Part shown: piece after piece, positions 52,450 to 64,000 of the stretch
How the letters are laid out: each line of letters begins with the position of its first letter
Position numbering within the stretch: the first letter of the stretch is position 1
Source: Mustelus asterias
Taxonomy: Eukaryota
Reading direction: 5' to 3'
Assembly (NCBI RefSeq): GCF_964213995.1
Contig: NC_135824.1
Coordinates: forward strand, 30,318,001 to 30,382,000
Length of the DNA stretch: 64,000 bases
Translations under genes and position numbers: made by a program
The notes under the pieces: generated by a model
Databases searched by the model: none
Seen by the model: only the letters and a program-made list of their open reading frames with translations
Told to the model about the DNA's origin: nothing

Positions 52450-52745
52450 TGCTGCCTCACAGCGCCAGGGGCCTGGGTTCAATTCCAGCCTCGGGGTACT
52501 GTCTGTGTGGTGTTTGCACATTTTCCTCGTGTCTGCGTGGGTTTTCTCCGGGTGCTTCGGTTTCTTCCCACAGTCCAAATGTGCGGGTTAGGTTGATTGG
52601 TCCTGCTAAACTGACTCTTAGTATCAGGGGGATTAGCAGGGTAAACACATCTGGTAATGGGAATAGGGCCTGGGTGGGATTGCTGTTGCTGCAGGCTTGA
52701 TGGGCCGAATGTCCTCCTCCTGTACAGTCATGATTTTATGATTTC
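52450..52745 (+). mobile_element. V-SINE, tail type A
   Basis: Family match; partial + copies also at 50413-50663 and 51500-51700. Confidence 0.8.
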
Positions 52746-53169
52746 TTCTAACTGTGGTTGCAACACAAATAGACAGAGTAATTGGCATTATTGTTGAAGT
52801 GTTTTGCATTCGAGAATTTTTTAAAATACATTTTGCATGCGGGATTAGAATTTGACTTTGGATGGTACAATAAGTAAAAAGCAAAGCAATAGTTAAATTA
52901 TCACAAGATAATTTGCATAAAAATAAATCTCAACTACAACTGCTAATTACTCAGAACAAATATCAGCATGTATTGATTTGAGATATTGAATCTGTAGGGT
53001 GAATATGCTTATTAAAAGTGATGAAATGTTTGTTATTCCTTTACACAAAGCAACTTCCTCAGACATTTGAAACCAAGCACTGGGCTGAGTTGCTAGCATT
53101 ACAAACTGAATTCAGGGGGGGAAAAGGTGCTTTGATGGCTAGCAAAGTCTGTCAATTGGTCTGTTTTTT

Positions 53170-53440
53170 GAGTTTTAGCGTCACTAATAGGCTTACATTA
53201 ACACTGCAATGAAGTCACTGTGAAAATCCCTCGTCGCCACACTCTGGCGCCTGTTGGAGTACACTGAGGGAGAATTTAGCATGGCCAGCATGTCTTTCAG
53301 ACTGAAGGGGGGAACCGGAGCACCCAGAAGAAACCCATGCAGACACGGAGAGAACGTGCAAACTCCACACAGACTGTGACCCAAGCCAGGAATTGAATCC
53401 GGGTCCCTGGCACTGTGAGGCAGCAGTGCTAGCCACTGTG
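53170..53440 (-). mobile_element. V-SINE, tail type B
   Basis: Family match. Confidence 0.82.
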
Positions 53441-53594
53441 TTGGTGGTGATGTGTTGGTGGTGATGGAAGGGTTTCCCCAGAGCAGGGCAAGGAAGTAAA
53501 GCAATGGGACAGGTCAACTGTTCACAGGGATTTCCTTAAGCAGGGTTGCAAATGAAAAAAAAAAGTGGTCCAGGCAGTAGCAATGCTTCCATTG

Positions 53595-53692
53595 AAACAA
53601 AAACAGAAAATGCTGGAAAATCTCAGCAGTCTGACAGCATCCGAGGAGAATAGAGCCAACGTTTCGGGTTGGGATGACCCTCTGTCAGAGCT
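53595..53692 (-). mobile_element. PLE family 2 pLTR fragment with variant hammerhead motif (53654-53692)
   Basis: Minus strand: agct-CTGACAGA-gggt catccca accc-GAA-ACGT-T-ggct. Confidence 0.65.
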
Positions 53693-53969
53693 GGGTTTTG
53701 CTTTTATGTTTCTATTGAGTTGGGCCATTAAATCTAAGAGAGGGGTCAGGCCAGGGAGTAAGGTTGTAAAATGGGTTGAGTGCCAACGTGGTTTTCTTGG
53801 AGTGAGGTTGGGAATTTTTTTTTGAAACTACATCTGGAGTTGGAATTAGAATTAGGTGAAAACAGGAGAAGTAAACAATGGGAGAATTTTGAATAAAAAT
53901 AAAAAGCAAAACTTGTGAAATAACAAACAAAGGTTGGCAGACGTTAACTGATTAGAGTGGAGAGAGCAC

Positions 53970-54270
53970 TGAATCCCTACAGTGCAAGAGGCCATTCGGC
54001 CCATTGAGTCTGCACCGACAATGATCCCACCCAGACCCTATCCCTATAACCCCATATATTTACCCTGCTAGTCCCCCTGACACTAATGGACAATTTATCA
54101 TGGTCAATCCACCTAATTCGCACATCTTTGGAATGTGGGAGGAAACCGGAGCACCCCGAGGAAATCGACGTAGACACAAGGAGAATGTGCAAACTCCACA
54201 CAGAAAGTGACCCAAGGTTGAATCGAACCCAGGTCCCTGGCGTTGTGAGGCAGCAATGCTAACCAGTGTG
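53970..54270 (-). mobile_element. V-SINE, tail type A
   Basis: Family match. Confidence 0.85.
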
Positions 54271-55490
54271 TTAATCATTAATATAATCTATTCAAAGCAG
54301 TAGAAATTACAACGTTGAAATAGTTAAATGCCTCAAGGCACATTGGACAGAAGGTGTCAATATCTCTTGGCATTACCATTGCTACAAACGTGTTATTAAA
54401 TTCGGACGATAAAAAAATAAGACATGGGTGTGTCTGTGCACAAGAAGAAGGGTACACATTGCAGTGATGTTTCTAGTTAGAATAACAACTCTTGAGAATA
54501 GGCACTGGTGAAAGGATTTGGAGTTGTTTATATGCACAAACATGCTCATCATGAAAACGTCAATTAAACCAATACTGAATTAAACTGCAAAACAGATGGA
54601 CTGTCAGCTATTCCCAGAAAACAGGCAGGTAAAAATAGTGGAATGGCAAACATCATGTCCGCTGTGGCTCTGTTGTCAGGTTACAGATACTTTTTACATT
54701 TAAGTACTGAACGCTGCCAATTGTTCCTACTGGCAAGGAGCCTCTTCCTCCAGGTTATATTCCCTTTGAAATTAATTTGTGTTAATTAATTATGTGACTA
54801 CCAATTAGCATCTTATTTTTTTACTCTTAAGGTTTCTTAATAGTATGTCAGAGCGTCTGTTACTTCTGGAAATAGATTTCCACTAAACCCTTGCTCAGTC
54901 TAACCAGAACACCTGCAACATTTTCTCAAGAGGTGGTTTTTGTAACATTGTAAAGGATTTTTTTGTGAGAACAATGTGTGAGCATAATAATTGCTCCAGC
55001 AGTGAGAGGGGGCTTCTTTTATATCTGCATGGAGTTAGTTACATATTTTGAGTTTTATAAACTGAAGAGTTTCAAAGACAGAATTCACTGAACACTAGGA
55101 AAACAAAAACAAGGTTTGAATGACATATTTTAAGGAAACACTGAAAAGACGATGGGACACGTTCAAAATCTGCATACTTAGATTAACCAAAGCAATTCAT
55201 TTTACAGAATTGCACAGGCTGAAATGTATCAGAAAATTGAGAAGTACATAAATATTTGTGACAATCTTATCAAAAAACATTTAGTAATGGTACATTTAAT
55301 GACAAACAGAATATTGAGTTCCATTAAATAATTCTATAAAAATATTTGGAAATATACTAACATACATTACAGAAACTTGTGCAAACATGCCATATTATTC
55401 CTCTGCTTTGAATTATCTGCTGTGTTATAGAAGTATAGCAGAACAGGAGGGAAACATGGGCTACAATTTACCTCCAATCATTCCTGAAAA

Positions 55491-55640
55491 GTAAGTAGTC
55501 TCACAACACCAGGTTAAAATCCAACAGGTTTATTTGGAATCACGAGCTTTCGGAGCGCTGCTCCTTCATCAGGTGAATGGAGAGGTTGTGTTCACAAACA
55601 CGGCATATTTAGGCAAAGGCACAATTGCAAGATAATTACT
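55491..55640 (-). mobile_element. PLE family 1 pLTR fragment (tail-less)
   Basis: Reverse complement of about 62760-62912. Confidence 0.8.
55540..55576 (-). ncRNA. Minimal type I hammerhead ribozyme motif, intact core
   Basis: tcac-CTGATGA-a-ggagc agc gctcc-GAA-AGCT-C-gtga. Confidence 0.78.
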
Positions 55641-56602
55641 TGATAAGATAATTAATTACAATTGTGTCTATATATATTCTATATATGCCGTGGATATATA
55701 TATCCTATAATAATTGGATACTAGACTCAGATAGATGATCATTCTATCTGGCTTCTACAACTTGTGAATTTTTTTGTTTTTCAAATTTGTGAATTCTGAA
55801 AAATGCAGAATTACATTAATAGATTAACGTGCGGAACTACTGAAACTGGTCTTAAATTTTGGTGCAGAAATTATGCAACTTTAACACTATGGCGCGGTAC
55901 CTTATTAGAAGGGCAATATTTAGATTCATAGTAAGGATCAATTCTTAAAAATGGAGTTAAAATTATTATAATTCATAGCTATCAATGTGAACAACTGTTT
56001 TTTTTTTCCTGAATTTTGTTCCTATAATTCAGCTAGAGCACCCTACTTGCTTCATTGGACATCTTTTGGATTACAATGGCTTCCAACTTCAATCGTGCCA
56101 GCATGGCTCATTGATAGCTCTCTTGCCTCTGAGTGACAAGATAATGGCTTCAAATAGAGCCGGAGCTGCTGTCTTTTCAATGAGTCATTAAACTGAGGCA
56201 CAGTCTGTTCTCTCAGGTGGATCTACTTGGCACTATTGCAAGATGACCAGCGGATCCTGTTGGTGTTCTGGCAAATATTTATTCTGGCAGATGTTTATCC
56301 CTCAATCAACATTCCCAAAGCAGATTAATCTCAATGCTGTTTTGGGTGACATTGCTGTGTGCACGTTAGCTACCTCGATTCCCTATGCTACAATAGTGAC
56401 TATCGCCGGAATTCTACCGCCTCGCCCGCCACGGAATCGGAACGGGCGAGGGGCACACAACGGAAATGTCTGTTGACCTTGGGTGGGAATTTCCGGTCTC
56501 GCTCGAGCGAGGCAGTAAAATCCCGCCCTGTGTGTCAAAAATTATTTCATTAGCTTTGTAAAGGCAGTATACAATTTCAAGTTCTCACTTTGATTTTCTC
56601 AC

Positions 56603-56868
56603 CTGGTCCAATACAAACGACAGTTCAGCTTTGTCCTTTGGGTTTGCTTTCTCTCTCTCCAACCATAGAATAAGTTCAGGCTTTTTATATGGCTTCAAAG
56701 CCAAAAGGTGGATGACACGATCTTTAAGAGGCTTTTGGCTAATCGTACTGACATAGTTTTTCTTCACCCCATAGCACGGATTCATGGTTGGAGAATGTCT
56801 TCTCAGTGGAATGCCATCAGCAGCTTGGCTTGTGGTCTGCTTTCGACTATGGACTGGCTTTCGCACAC
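56603..56868 (-). CDS. ELL3: ELL-family exon (exon 5 equivalent, 266 bp)
   Basis: cctag|GT...CAG|gtgag, phase 1 to 0. Contains QKPLKDRVIHLLALKPYKKPEL, a hallmark of the ELL central domain; overlaps ORF 56585..56866. Confidence 0.95.
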
Positions 56869-57002
56869 CTAGGAAGCAAAGCTGGATTTTAAACAGTGAT
56901 AAACATGCTGGGTAAAATCAACAAGGCCTTATTAAAGGAAGATTAAATGGGTTGCAGTGAATTAGTAAGCTACTGAATTGGCTTCTGTACCACAAATAGT
57001 TA

Positions 57003-57210
57003 CAACAGCTTCTTCCCTGCTGCCAGACATTTGAATAGACCTACCTCACATTAAATTGACCTTTTTCTATACCCTAGCTATGATTGTAACACTACATTCT
57101 GCACTCTCCCCCTTTCATTCTGAACGTATGCTTTGTCTGCATAGCGCGCAAGAAACAATACTTTTCACTGCACACTAATACATGTGACAATAATAAATCA
57201 AATCAAATAT
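57003..57210 (+). mobile_element. Rex1/Babar LINE 3' tail
   Basis: Matches 12375-12560. Confidence 0.8.
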
Positions 57211-58918
57211 AAAACTGGCCACGCATACTGGTGTAAAAGCTGAATTTTTAAAACAATTATTTTAAGCCAAAAGACATATTGCCGATTTTTGCATGGGTAA
57301 TATTTTTGAGAGGTTGACATGAGTGTTTGGGTTTTCCACAATGAATGGACAGGGTGACCACTAGTGGCTATGAAGCTGAGGTTATGCCAAAATATTTTAA
57401 ATAGTTTTTAAACCCACTATAAAAGGAAGCCAACGTCTGTTAAACTTTCCAAAGCCGTAACCATATACTGCTGCAAAAATAACACCAGTCTGTAATTGTG
57501 TGTGTATTTTATAAAATTATTCTTCCTTTACTAGTTTTTGAGTGATACATCTGTCAGCCCACCTTATATTATTGCATTATGCAAAGTTCCAGTCAATATT
57601 CTCACCCCTTTAAAATGAAAATAAATCAGCATTTATGTCAGCGACTCGTACATCACTATAATTATCTCTTAGGAGTTATTTTTTGTTACCCACATTTAGT
57701 ATTGGTTGGTTTCACTCTTGCCTTTCCAGTTGTAGCCCAAGCATTAAAAGCAATAGCTTCTCTTTTCCCAGATCCACATAACCCTTTAGTCATGACATTT
57801 TTGGGCTTTGTTCCCTTAAAGCCGGGGTCTAATCTCACATGAACAGTGAAAATTCCCAGCTTCTCAGGTCAAAAGTCAACTTTTACATGGGATTGATTTT
57901 TACATGAGTATATACAGTAACTCAAAGTTGAACGTTAAAGTATGGCTTGTTTTTACAATTACTCAACGGCAGGAAGCATGAGTTCCAAGTAGCATTTTTA
58001 TATTTGGAACAAAAACGTGCAATTTATTATGAACTGCAAAATGATTTCAAGTTGTTATTTAAAATGGAGTGTACAGTTTAATGATTTACATTTCATATCT
58101 TAAAATATTTGAATTGGAATGCAGTACGACAGCAGTTTTCAAAGTCATGTGTTCTTCCTCTGCAAAAACTATGTAAATTAAAAAGAGGAATAGGTGCGTA
58201 CATAAATTTACGCATTGGCATTGACTCCTATTCAGCATTACCTATTAATTATGGGTTTAAACATAGCCATTTACTCGACAGAAAACATGTCGTATGTGAC
58301 GTAGCTTATGAGAAAATTAAATCCAGCAGCTAAATGCCCATATTACCTTGAATTATGTCTGTCACTTTGTGTAGCAACTGTTCAGTAAACTAACTGGTGA
58401 TCACTCCTAAAGGATGCAGTATTTTCCATTGGAAAGTAGAACAATTACATAATACAATTATGATAAAGTTGCATATAGGTTAAGGGGCCACTTTGTCCCA
58501 GCTTTATTTTGTGACCAGAACGAAGTTGAAGCAGCACCATTGCGCCGGTTGAGCAAATAACATGTTATCAATACTTATATTATTCTGCAATTTTAAGCGA
58601 TTAATTAAATATATTTAACCAGGTGCGCAATCGTACATTTTTGCCAGTTAAAATAAATGAGGAAATATTTATCGGTAATTATGACAGATATAATATTTGG
58701 GGCAAAGATGCTACAGCTGCATTTCCGTGACCAGGCACAATTGCGTTTTCAACCAACTTGCCAAGTTAGAAATTCAGCAACAAACCACAAGCACCACAGG
58801 GCATATTTCCATAGGAATCAAATTATGAGACTAACTATCTGACAAGAGGCCAGTATATTTTGTTGAATCAAGCATTACGTGTGTACAGACTATCACTTCA
58901 TTAGTGTGACATTTATAC

Positions 58919-59082
58919 CTTGACATGACGACTCTGGTTTAATTTCTATAGTTGTTCGACTCCATGATTCCTTCTCTACTTGTGACATTCGTTCTCGAGT
59001 CATCTGGTAAGAGTCATCAGTGGCACAAACTGTGATTTTATCTTGAATACTCCCCAGGCAATCAAGTTGGTCTCTTTCAAAA
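58919..59082 (-). CDS. ELL3: ELL-family Pol II elongation factor, coding exon equivalent to ELL2 exon 4 (164 bp); first exon visible in the window
   Basis: ccag|...|gtataa, phase 2 to 1. Encodes [49 protein letters not shown], containing the ELL N-terminal motif [19 protein letters not shown]. Family call is firm; ELL3 paralog call is inferred from the C-terminus. Confidence 0.93.
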
Positions 59083-59361
59083 CTGGTTTAAACAACAAAA
59101 GCAGAACAAAACCAAGACTCAGCAACATATCCTTCAACAAGTATTAACCAGTTCCAAAATATTCTATTCTTTTGTTAAACCTTCAATAAAAATAAAATCT
59201 ATACAAAGCCATTTTAAAAATAATTTGTCATATAAGCACACACACAAAATCGCATCATTAGAAAGCAGAAAAATCTCAAAGTGATGCAATTGTACTTTAA
59301 TACGAGATTACCTATCTTCTATTATGATTGTTCTCGTTCTCTGAAGTTCATACAATAAAAT

Positions 59362-59648
59362 ATAGAATCCCTACAGTGCAGAAAGGAGGGCATTCAGCCC
59401 ATCGAGCCTGCACCTGACACCGTAACCCCATGTATTTACCTTGCTAATCCCCCTGACATTAAGGAGCACGGCCAATCCACCTAACCTGCACATCTTTGGA
59501 GTGTGGGAGGAAACGGGAGCACCCGGAGGAAACCCACGCAGACATGAGGAGAATGTGCAAACTCCACACAGACAGCAACCCAAGGCGGGAATTGAACCCA
59601 GGTCCCTGGCGAGGCAGCAGTGCTAACCACTGTGCCACCATGCCACCC
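59362..59648 (-). mobile_element. V-SINE, tail type A
   Basis: Family match. Confidence 0.85.
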
Positions 59649-60567
59649 ATTCACTCTGGAATGCTCACATACAAATAATGCATTGACCGCACAATGGTTG
59701 AACTATTGATATTCCTATCCACTGGGTCTACCATCATTATCTGCAGATCATCAATCCTTCAAATCAAAAGAATTAATAAATAAACTGAGAAAAACACAAG
59801 AAACCTGAAAATTAAAAACATCAACTGGCTTGCTGAGAAGCAAACGTAAGTCTAATAAGTTGTGACCTGAAGGGACCTAACTTTTTCCTCAGTTTCTAAG
59901 CAGTTCGCATGAATTTGGACACAGTCCGCACCAATTACAATGTCCACAGTTAAACAGTAATTTACAACAGCCAAAGCGATAACCACGGCTTATTTGCATG
60001 AGCATTGGTTATTTGTAGTTCAAATTATCTTAAGTGCTCTCGTTGTTTCAGATAGATGCAACGCTGCTTACTCACTGTATGAATGAAGAACACAAAAAAC
60101 CCATACTTAAAAAATGTATTTATGAATATATGTATTCACAGAAATAAATGAACAATAATTCTCAGCAGCTGAAATTTAGTGTTCTATTTAGGCTCTTGGG
60201 TTGTTTAAATTGTTTGATAAAGTGGTTAGGATTTGTGTATATTTTCCTCCTCTTTGGATCTCGTTGAAATATTCCATCTGCTAATGGCTGTTCCTGAATG
60301 ATGGGTTCTGCTCCTTGCTCTCCAAGCTCCTGATGACTGTGTCCAGGGTGAGATTAAGGTTGCAGTCCTTGGTCAGGTCTACATATGACAGTATGGATTG
60401 TTGTTCAAGTAGCAGTTGTGTCCATGTGAGAAAAGGTGGAATGACTCCCCTACTCTCCCACTCCGAGTTTGACCATAACAGGGTCTTTTAAAGAATTTAG
60501 AGGGAATGTGCTTCACTGATTCTGCAAGAGTCCCACTATTTACACTGAGGTTGCAAAAAAGACCCAC

Positions 60568-60840
60568 GTTCAATTCCAGCCTCGGGTGATTGTCTGTGTG
60601 GAGTTTGTGCATTCTCCCCGTGTCTGCGTGGGTTTCCTCCGGGTGCTCCGGTTTCCTCTCACAGCCCAAAGACCTGCAGGTTAGGTTGATTGGCCATGCT
60701 AAATTGCCCCTTAGCGTCAGGGGGATTGGCAGGATAAATACATGGGGGTTACAGGGATAGGGCCTTGGTAGGATTGTTGTCCGTGTAGGCTTTATGGGCT
60801 GGATGGCCTCCTTTTGCACTGTAGGGATTCTATGATCCTA
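60568..60840 (+). mobile_element. V-SINE, tail type A, head truncated
   Basis: Family match. Confidence 0.82.
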
Positions 60841-61735
60841 ATTATTCAGACAGTTTTCGTAGGTTAAACAAAGAACAAGGCAACTTTAATGAAACGATTT
60901 CTCAAGTTTAAAGACTAGATAAATGCAACCACCATTTATATGGTAACACACATTGGTCTGGGCCTACACACACAGCAGTACAGATGGCAGAAAGAGGGGA
61001 CAGGCTTATAGGATTTTTTTTTCTAGTTTAAGATAAAACAAAGGAGTATAAGTTTAGCTGCTCCTCGGCTGGTCTCAATGCGGTGGCTCAATGTTTTGGC
61101 CATTTTGTTCAGTTGTTCTCCTGGGTGTAGTTGTATGGTGCAGGGTTCCATATTTTTGAGAAAAGATCTTAGTTCGCAGTTAGTTTTACTTCTCAAAATG
61201 ACCACTTTGCAAAGCAGGCACAGCACGTCCACGAGAGAGAGAGAGAGAGGGGAAGAGGAAAAGAGCACACAGCTTCAATCAGCCAGTGTTCAATACAGCA
61301 TTGTCTTTTTCACCCCTTCCCTGCTTGATAAAGCCCATGAAATATCTTGCTAGTAGTATATTCTGGACAAAGTCTATTAGTTCACATCTGCTGCAGTTAT
61401 CCTTTCGGAACAGGTACTTGTATTTTGATGTCTTATCTCAGAAACATTTGAAAAGTCTCAGCATGGTATGAATTGACAGGGGGGGAATGGGGCCTTTCAT
61501 ACTTCCCACGGGGTTGAGTGTCTGTCTTCATACCATTTGGCGGAATGTAAAAGTGTGTGTATTGCAGAAGTCTGGGCAGTTTGCCCAGTGTCTGTATTGG
61601 GTCCCAGTTTTTAAAAACAACCCAGCCAGCAAAAGAAGAATTCAAAAGTGTATCTTCAAAAAGCACATTCTCAGAACATAGCAATCGAATCGGGGCATTA
61701 TGCACGCTGACAAGCAATGCCAACATACAGCATTA

Positions 61736-61955
61736 TGTGGAGATGCCGGCATTGGACTGGGGTAAACACAGTAAAAGGTTTAACAACACCAGGTTAAAGT
61801 CCAACAGGTTTATTTGGTAGCAAATGCCATTAGCTTTCGGAGCCCTGCTCCTTCGTCAGATGGTCTGACGAAGGAGCAGCGCTCCGAAAGCTAATGGCAT
61901 TTGCTACCAAATAAACCTGTTGGACTTTAACCTGGTGTTGTTAAAACTCTGACTG
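61736..61955. mobile_element. PLE family 1 inverted pLTR insertion with 14-bp TSD
   Basis: Near-perfect palindrome of about 82-bp arms centred on 61861-61863; TSD AACATACAGCATTA at 61722-61735 and 61956-61969. Confidence 0.9.
61827..61863 (-). ncRNA. Minimal type I hammerhead ribozyme motif, intact core
   Basis: ccat-CTGACGA-a-ggagc agg gctcc-GAA-AGCT-A-atgg. Confidence 0.78.
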
Positions 61956-62518
61956 AACATACAGCATTACCATTGCTGCAAACACACTCAGTATATAGGC
62001 AGTGGGAAGTGTACCACAAATATTAAATGCTTACTTATTGGCATCCATACACGTTACTGAAATATCTTCATGCAAAAGAGTTCAAGTGCAAGGAAGATGC
62101 CTCAACTGCGTGCGCGCGCACGCACACACACGCACACGAATTGATCACTAAAGGTAATGACGAAAGGAAAGATCACATTTCAAGCCTGACCAATAAATAT
62201 GTGGTCTTTTGAAAAAGGCTCATGCATTAAGAGTATGTATGAAAAATTGTGCCCCGCGTACCATAAATGGATGAAGCACCGGGCTTAAAATTCACATGTG
62301 GTGCGATAGTATCCTGAACTCCACATGAATTCAAAACACTCCACTTATATCACAATAAGCCCCTGACAAAACTTCTTCAGACTGAAACAATGGGTTGAAT
62401 TTTAAACGTTCTCACGTGCCAGAGTTGGGAAAGGGTGAGTAGAGCACAAGGAACCCCAATGTTGAGTTCCCCTCAGATGTTCTGGAGATTTAACTGCAGG
62501 TTCTCCTGCCATACACAG

Positions 62519-62951
62519 GCATTCTCCAAGGCGGCCTTCACGACACACGACAGCGCAGAGTCACTGAGCAGAGACCGATAGACTCAGTTCCGCAAACATG
62601 AGGACGGCCTCAACCGGGATCTTGGGTTCATGTCACACTATCTGTAACCCCCACAACTTGCCTGGACTTGCAAAATCTCACTGGCTGTCCTGTCTGGAGA
62701 CGATACGCATTTCTTTACTCTGTGCTTAATGCTCTCTCAAGACTCGCATTCCAATCATTATTCATTATTCTGTAAATTGAGTTTGTGTCTTTATATGCCC
62801 TGTTTGCGAGCAGATCTCCCACTCACCTGACGAAGCAGTGCTCCGAAAGCTAGTGGCGTTTGCTACCAAATAAACCTGTTGGAATTTAACCTGGTGTTGT
62901 TAGACTCCTTACTGTGTTTACCCCAGTCCAACACCGGCATCTCCACATCAT
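62519..62951 (+). mobile_element. Penelope-like retrotransposon 3' end: GIY-YIG C-terminus, pLTR with hammerhead, 37-nt tail
   Basis: ILQGGLHDTRQRRVTEQRPI / QFRKHEDGLNRDLGFMSHYL* with one frameshift; GLN motif typical of PLE endonuclease ends. Hammerhead at 62823-62856 has a shortened stem II. CATACACAG is duplicated at 62510-62518 and 62949-62957. Confidence 0.82.
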
Positions 62952-63020
62952 ACACAGCCCCAACAGACAACAGCTTCGCGACTGCTCAGAAGACCTCATA
63001 CTTTCACATCCTCAAGACGA

Positions 63021-63345
63021 TGGGTGTCACGGTGGCACAGCGGTTAGCACTGCTGCCTCACAGCACCAGGGACCCGGGTTCAATTCCGGCATTGGCTCAC
63101 TCACTGTCTGTGTGGAGTTTGCACATTCTCCCCGTGTCTGCGTGGGTTTCCACCAGATACTCCGATTTCCTCCCACAGTCCAAAGATGTGGGAGTTAGGT
63201 TGATTGGCTGTGCTAAATTGCCCCTTAGTGTTGGGGCATTAGCAGGGTAAGTACTGGGATAGGGCCTGGGTGGGATTGTCGTCGGTGCAGGTTTGCTGGG
63301 CCGAATGGCTTCCTTCTGCACTGTGGGGATTTTATGTTTCTATGA
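63021..63345 (+). mobile_element. V-SINE, tail type A
   Basis: Family match. Confidence 0.87.
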
Positions 63346-64000
63346 AAGTCACCTGAGATCTTGGGAAACATCTTTCAATGGGAAAACACAACTCCCCCTC
63401 AACATCGCTCACACCGATTCCTGAAACAATATGAGGCAATGGAAAATATCATGACTCCATTTGCAAAGAGATGCCAGAGGGTCAACCCCAAGTCTTCTGC
63501 TGGTTCAACCGGTGCTTCACAAAACCCTCCAAATTAATTTTAACTTAATGTACAAATAGAGTAGTGCCCTAAGGTGTCATCCTGTAAACACTACTAGAGT
63601 TAAGACAGGCCAGGGTCACATGCTGAGGAAATAGAGTGATTAATGCTGATATTTTTAACATTACAATGCTACCAACCCACAACGTCACCTAATTCTGCAA
63701 TACGTAAATGCCCAAGCCACATGTTGGAGAAGTTATTTGCTCAAATCCCTTAATAAATAGAATCCTGGAACAAGTACATCCAGGTACCTAGTTACCAGAT
63801 AGATCTACTAATGATTGTTCATCAACAGTTAAGTTTAATTTTCTATTTGTGATATATAGAGTCATTACAGTACAGGAGGATACTTTTTGGCCCATCAGGT
63901 CCATGTCAGCTCTGTGGATCAATCTACTCAGTCCTATTTCCCCTTTACTATTCCTGTGACTTGGCAACTCTACAGTTCTCCAAATTTGCAGAAGTTTATC

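Noticed and set aside
62106-62138. Alternating CG/CA tract with Z-DNA potential
   Set aside because: Short, common microsatellite.
59083-64000. ELL exons 1-3 or promoter
   Set aside because: No match to the expected FYLS/GSFDCIQQ segment and no CpG island found; they probably lie beyond the window.

Overview
Eukaryotic DNA, most likely a shark: the dominant SINEs look like elasmobranch HE1/V-SINEs with CR1 partner LINEs. The one well-supported gene is a minus-strand ELL-family RNA polymerase II elongation factor. Nine GT-AG coding exons run from 59082 down to the stop at 26717 and splice into one open frame of 519 codons plus stop; the first exons lie beyond the right edge. Its C-terminal occludin/ELL domain looks like ELL3, yet it keeps a full ELL2-like exon set. 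The rest is mostly transposon debris: V-SINEs with two alternative tails, other SINEs, CR1, L2 and Rex1/Babar LINE pieces, solo LTRs and MITEs. The most notable non-coding signal is a set of short Penelope-like element (PLE) termini carrying minimal type I hammerhead ribozyme motifs. There are at least three families, with covarying stem I and palindromic stem III. Several sit in inverted, TSD-flanked insertions, and several are sense-oriented inside the ELL introns. Most short ORFs in the track are spurious reading frames of repeats. Repeat boundaries were set by eye and are approximate.
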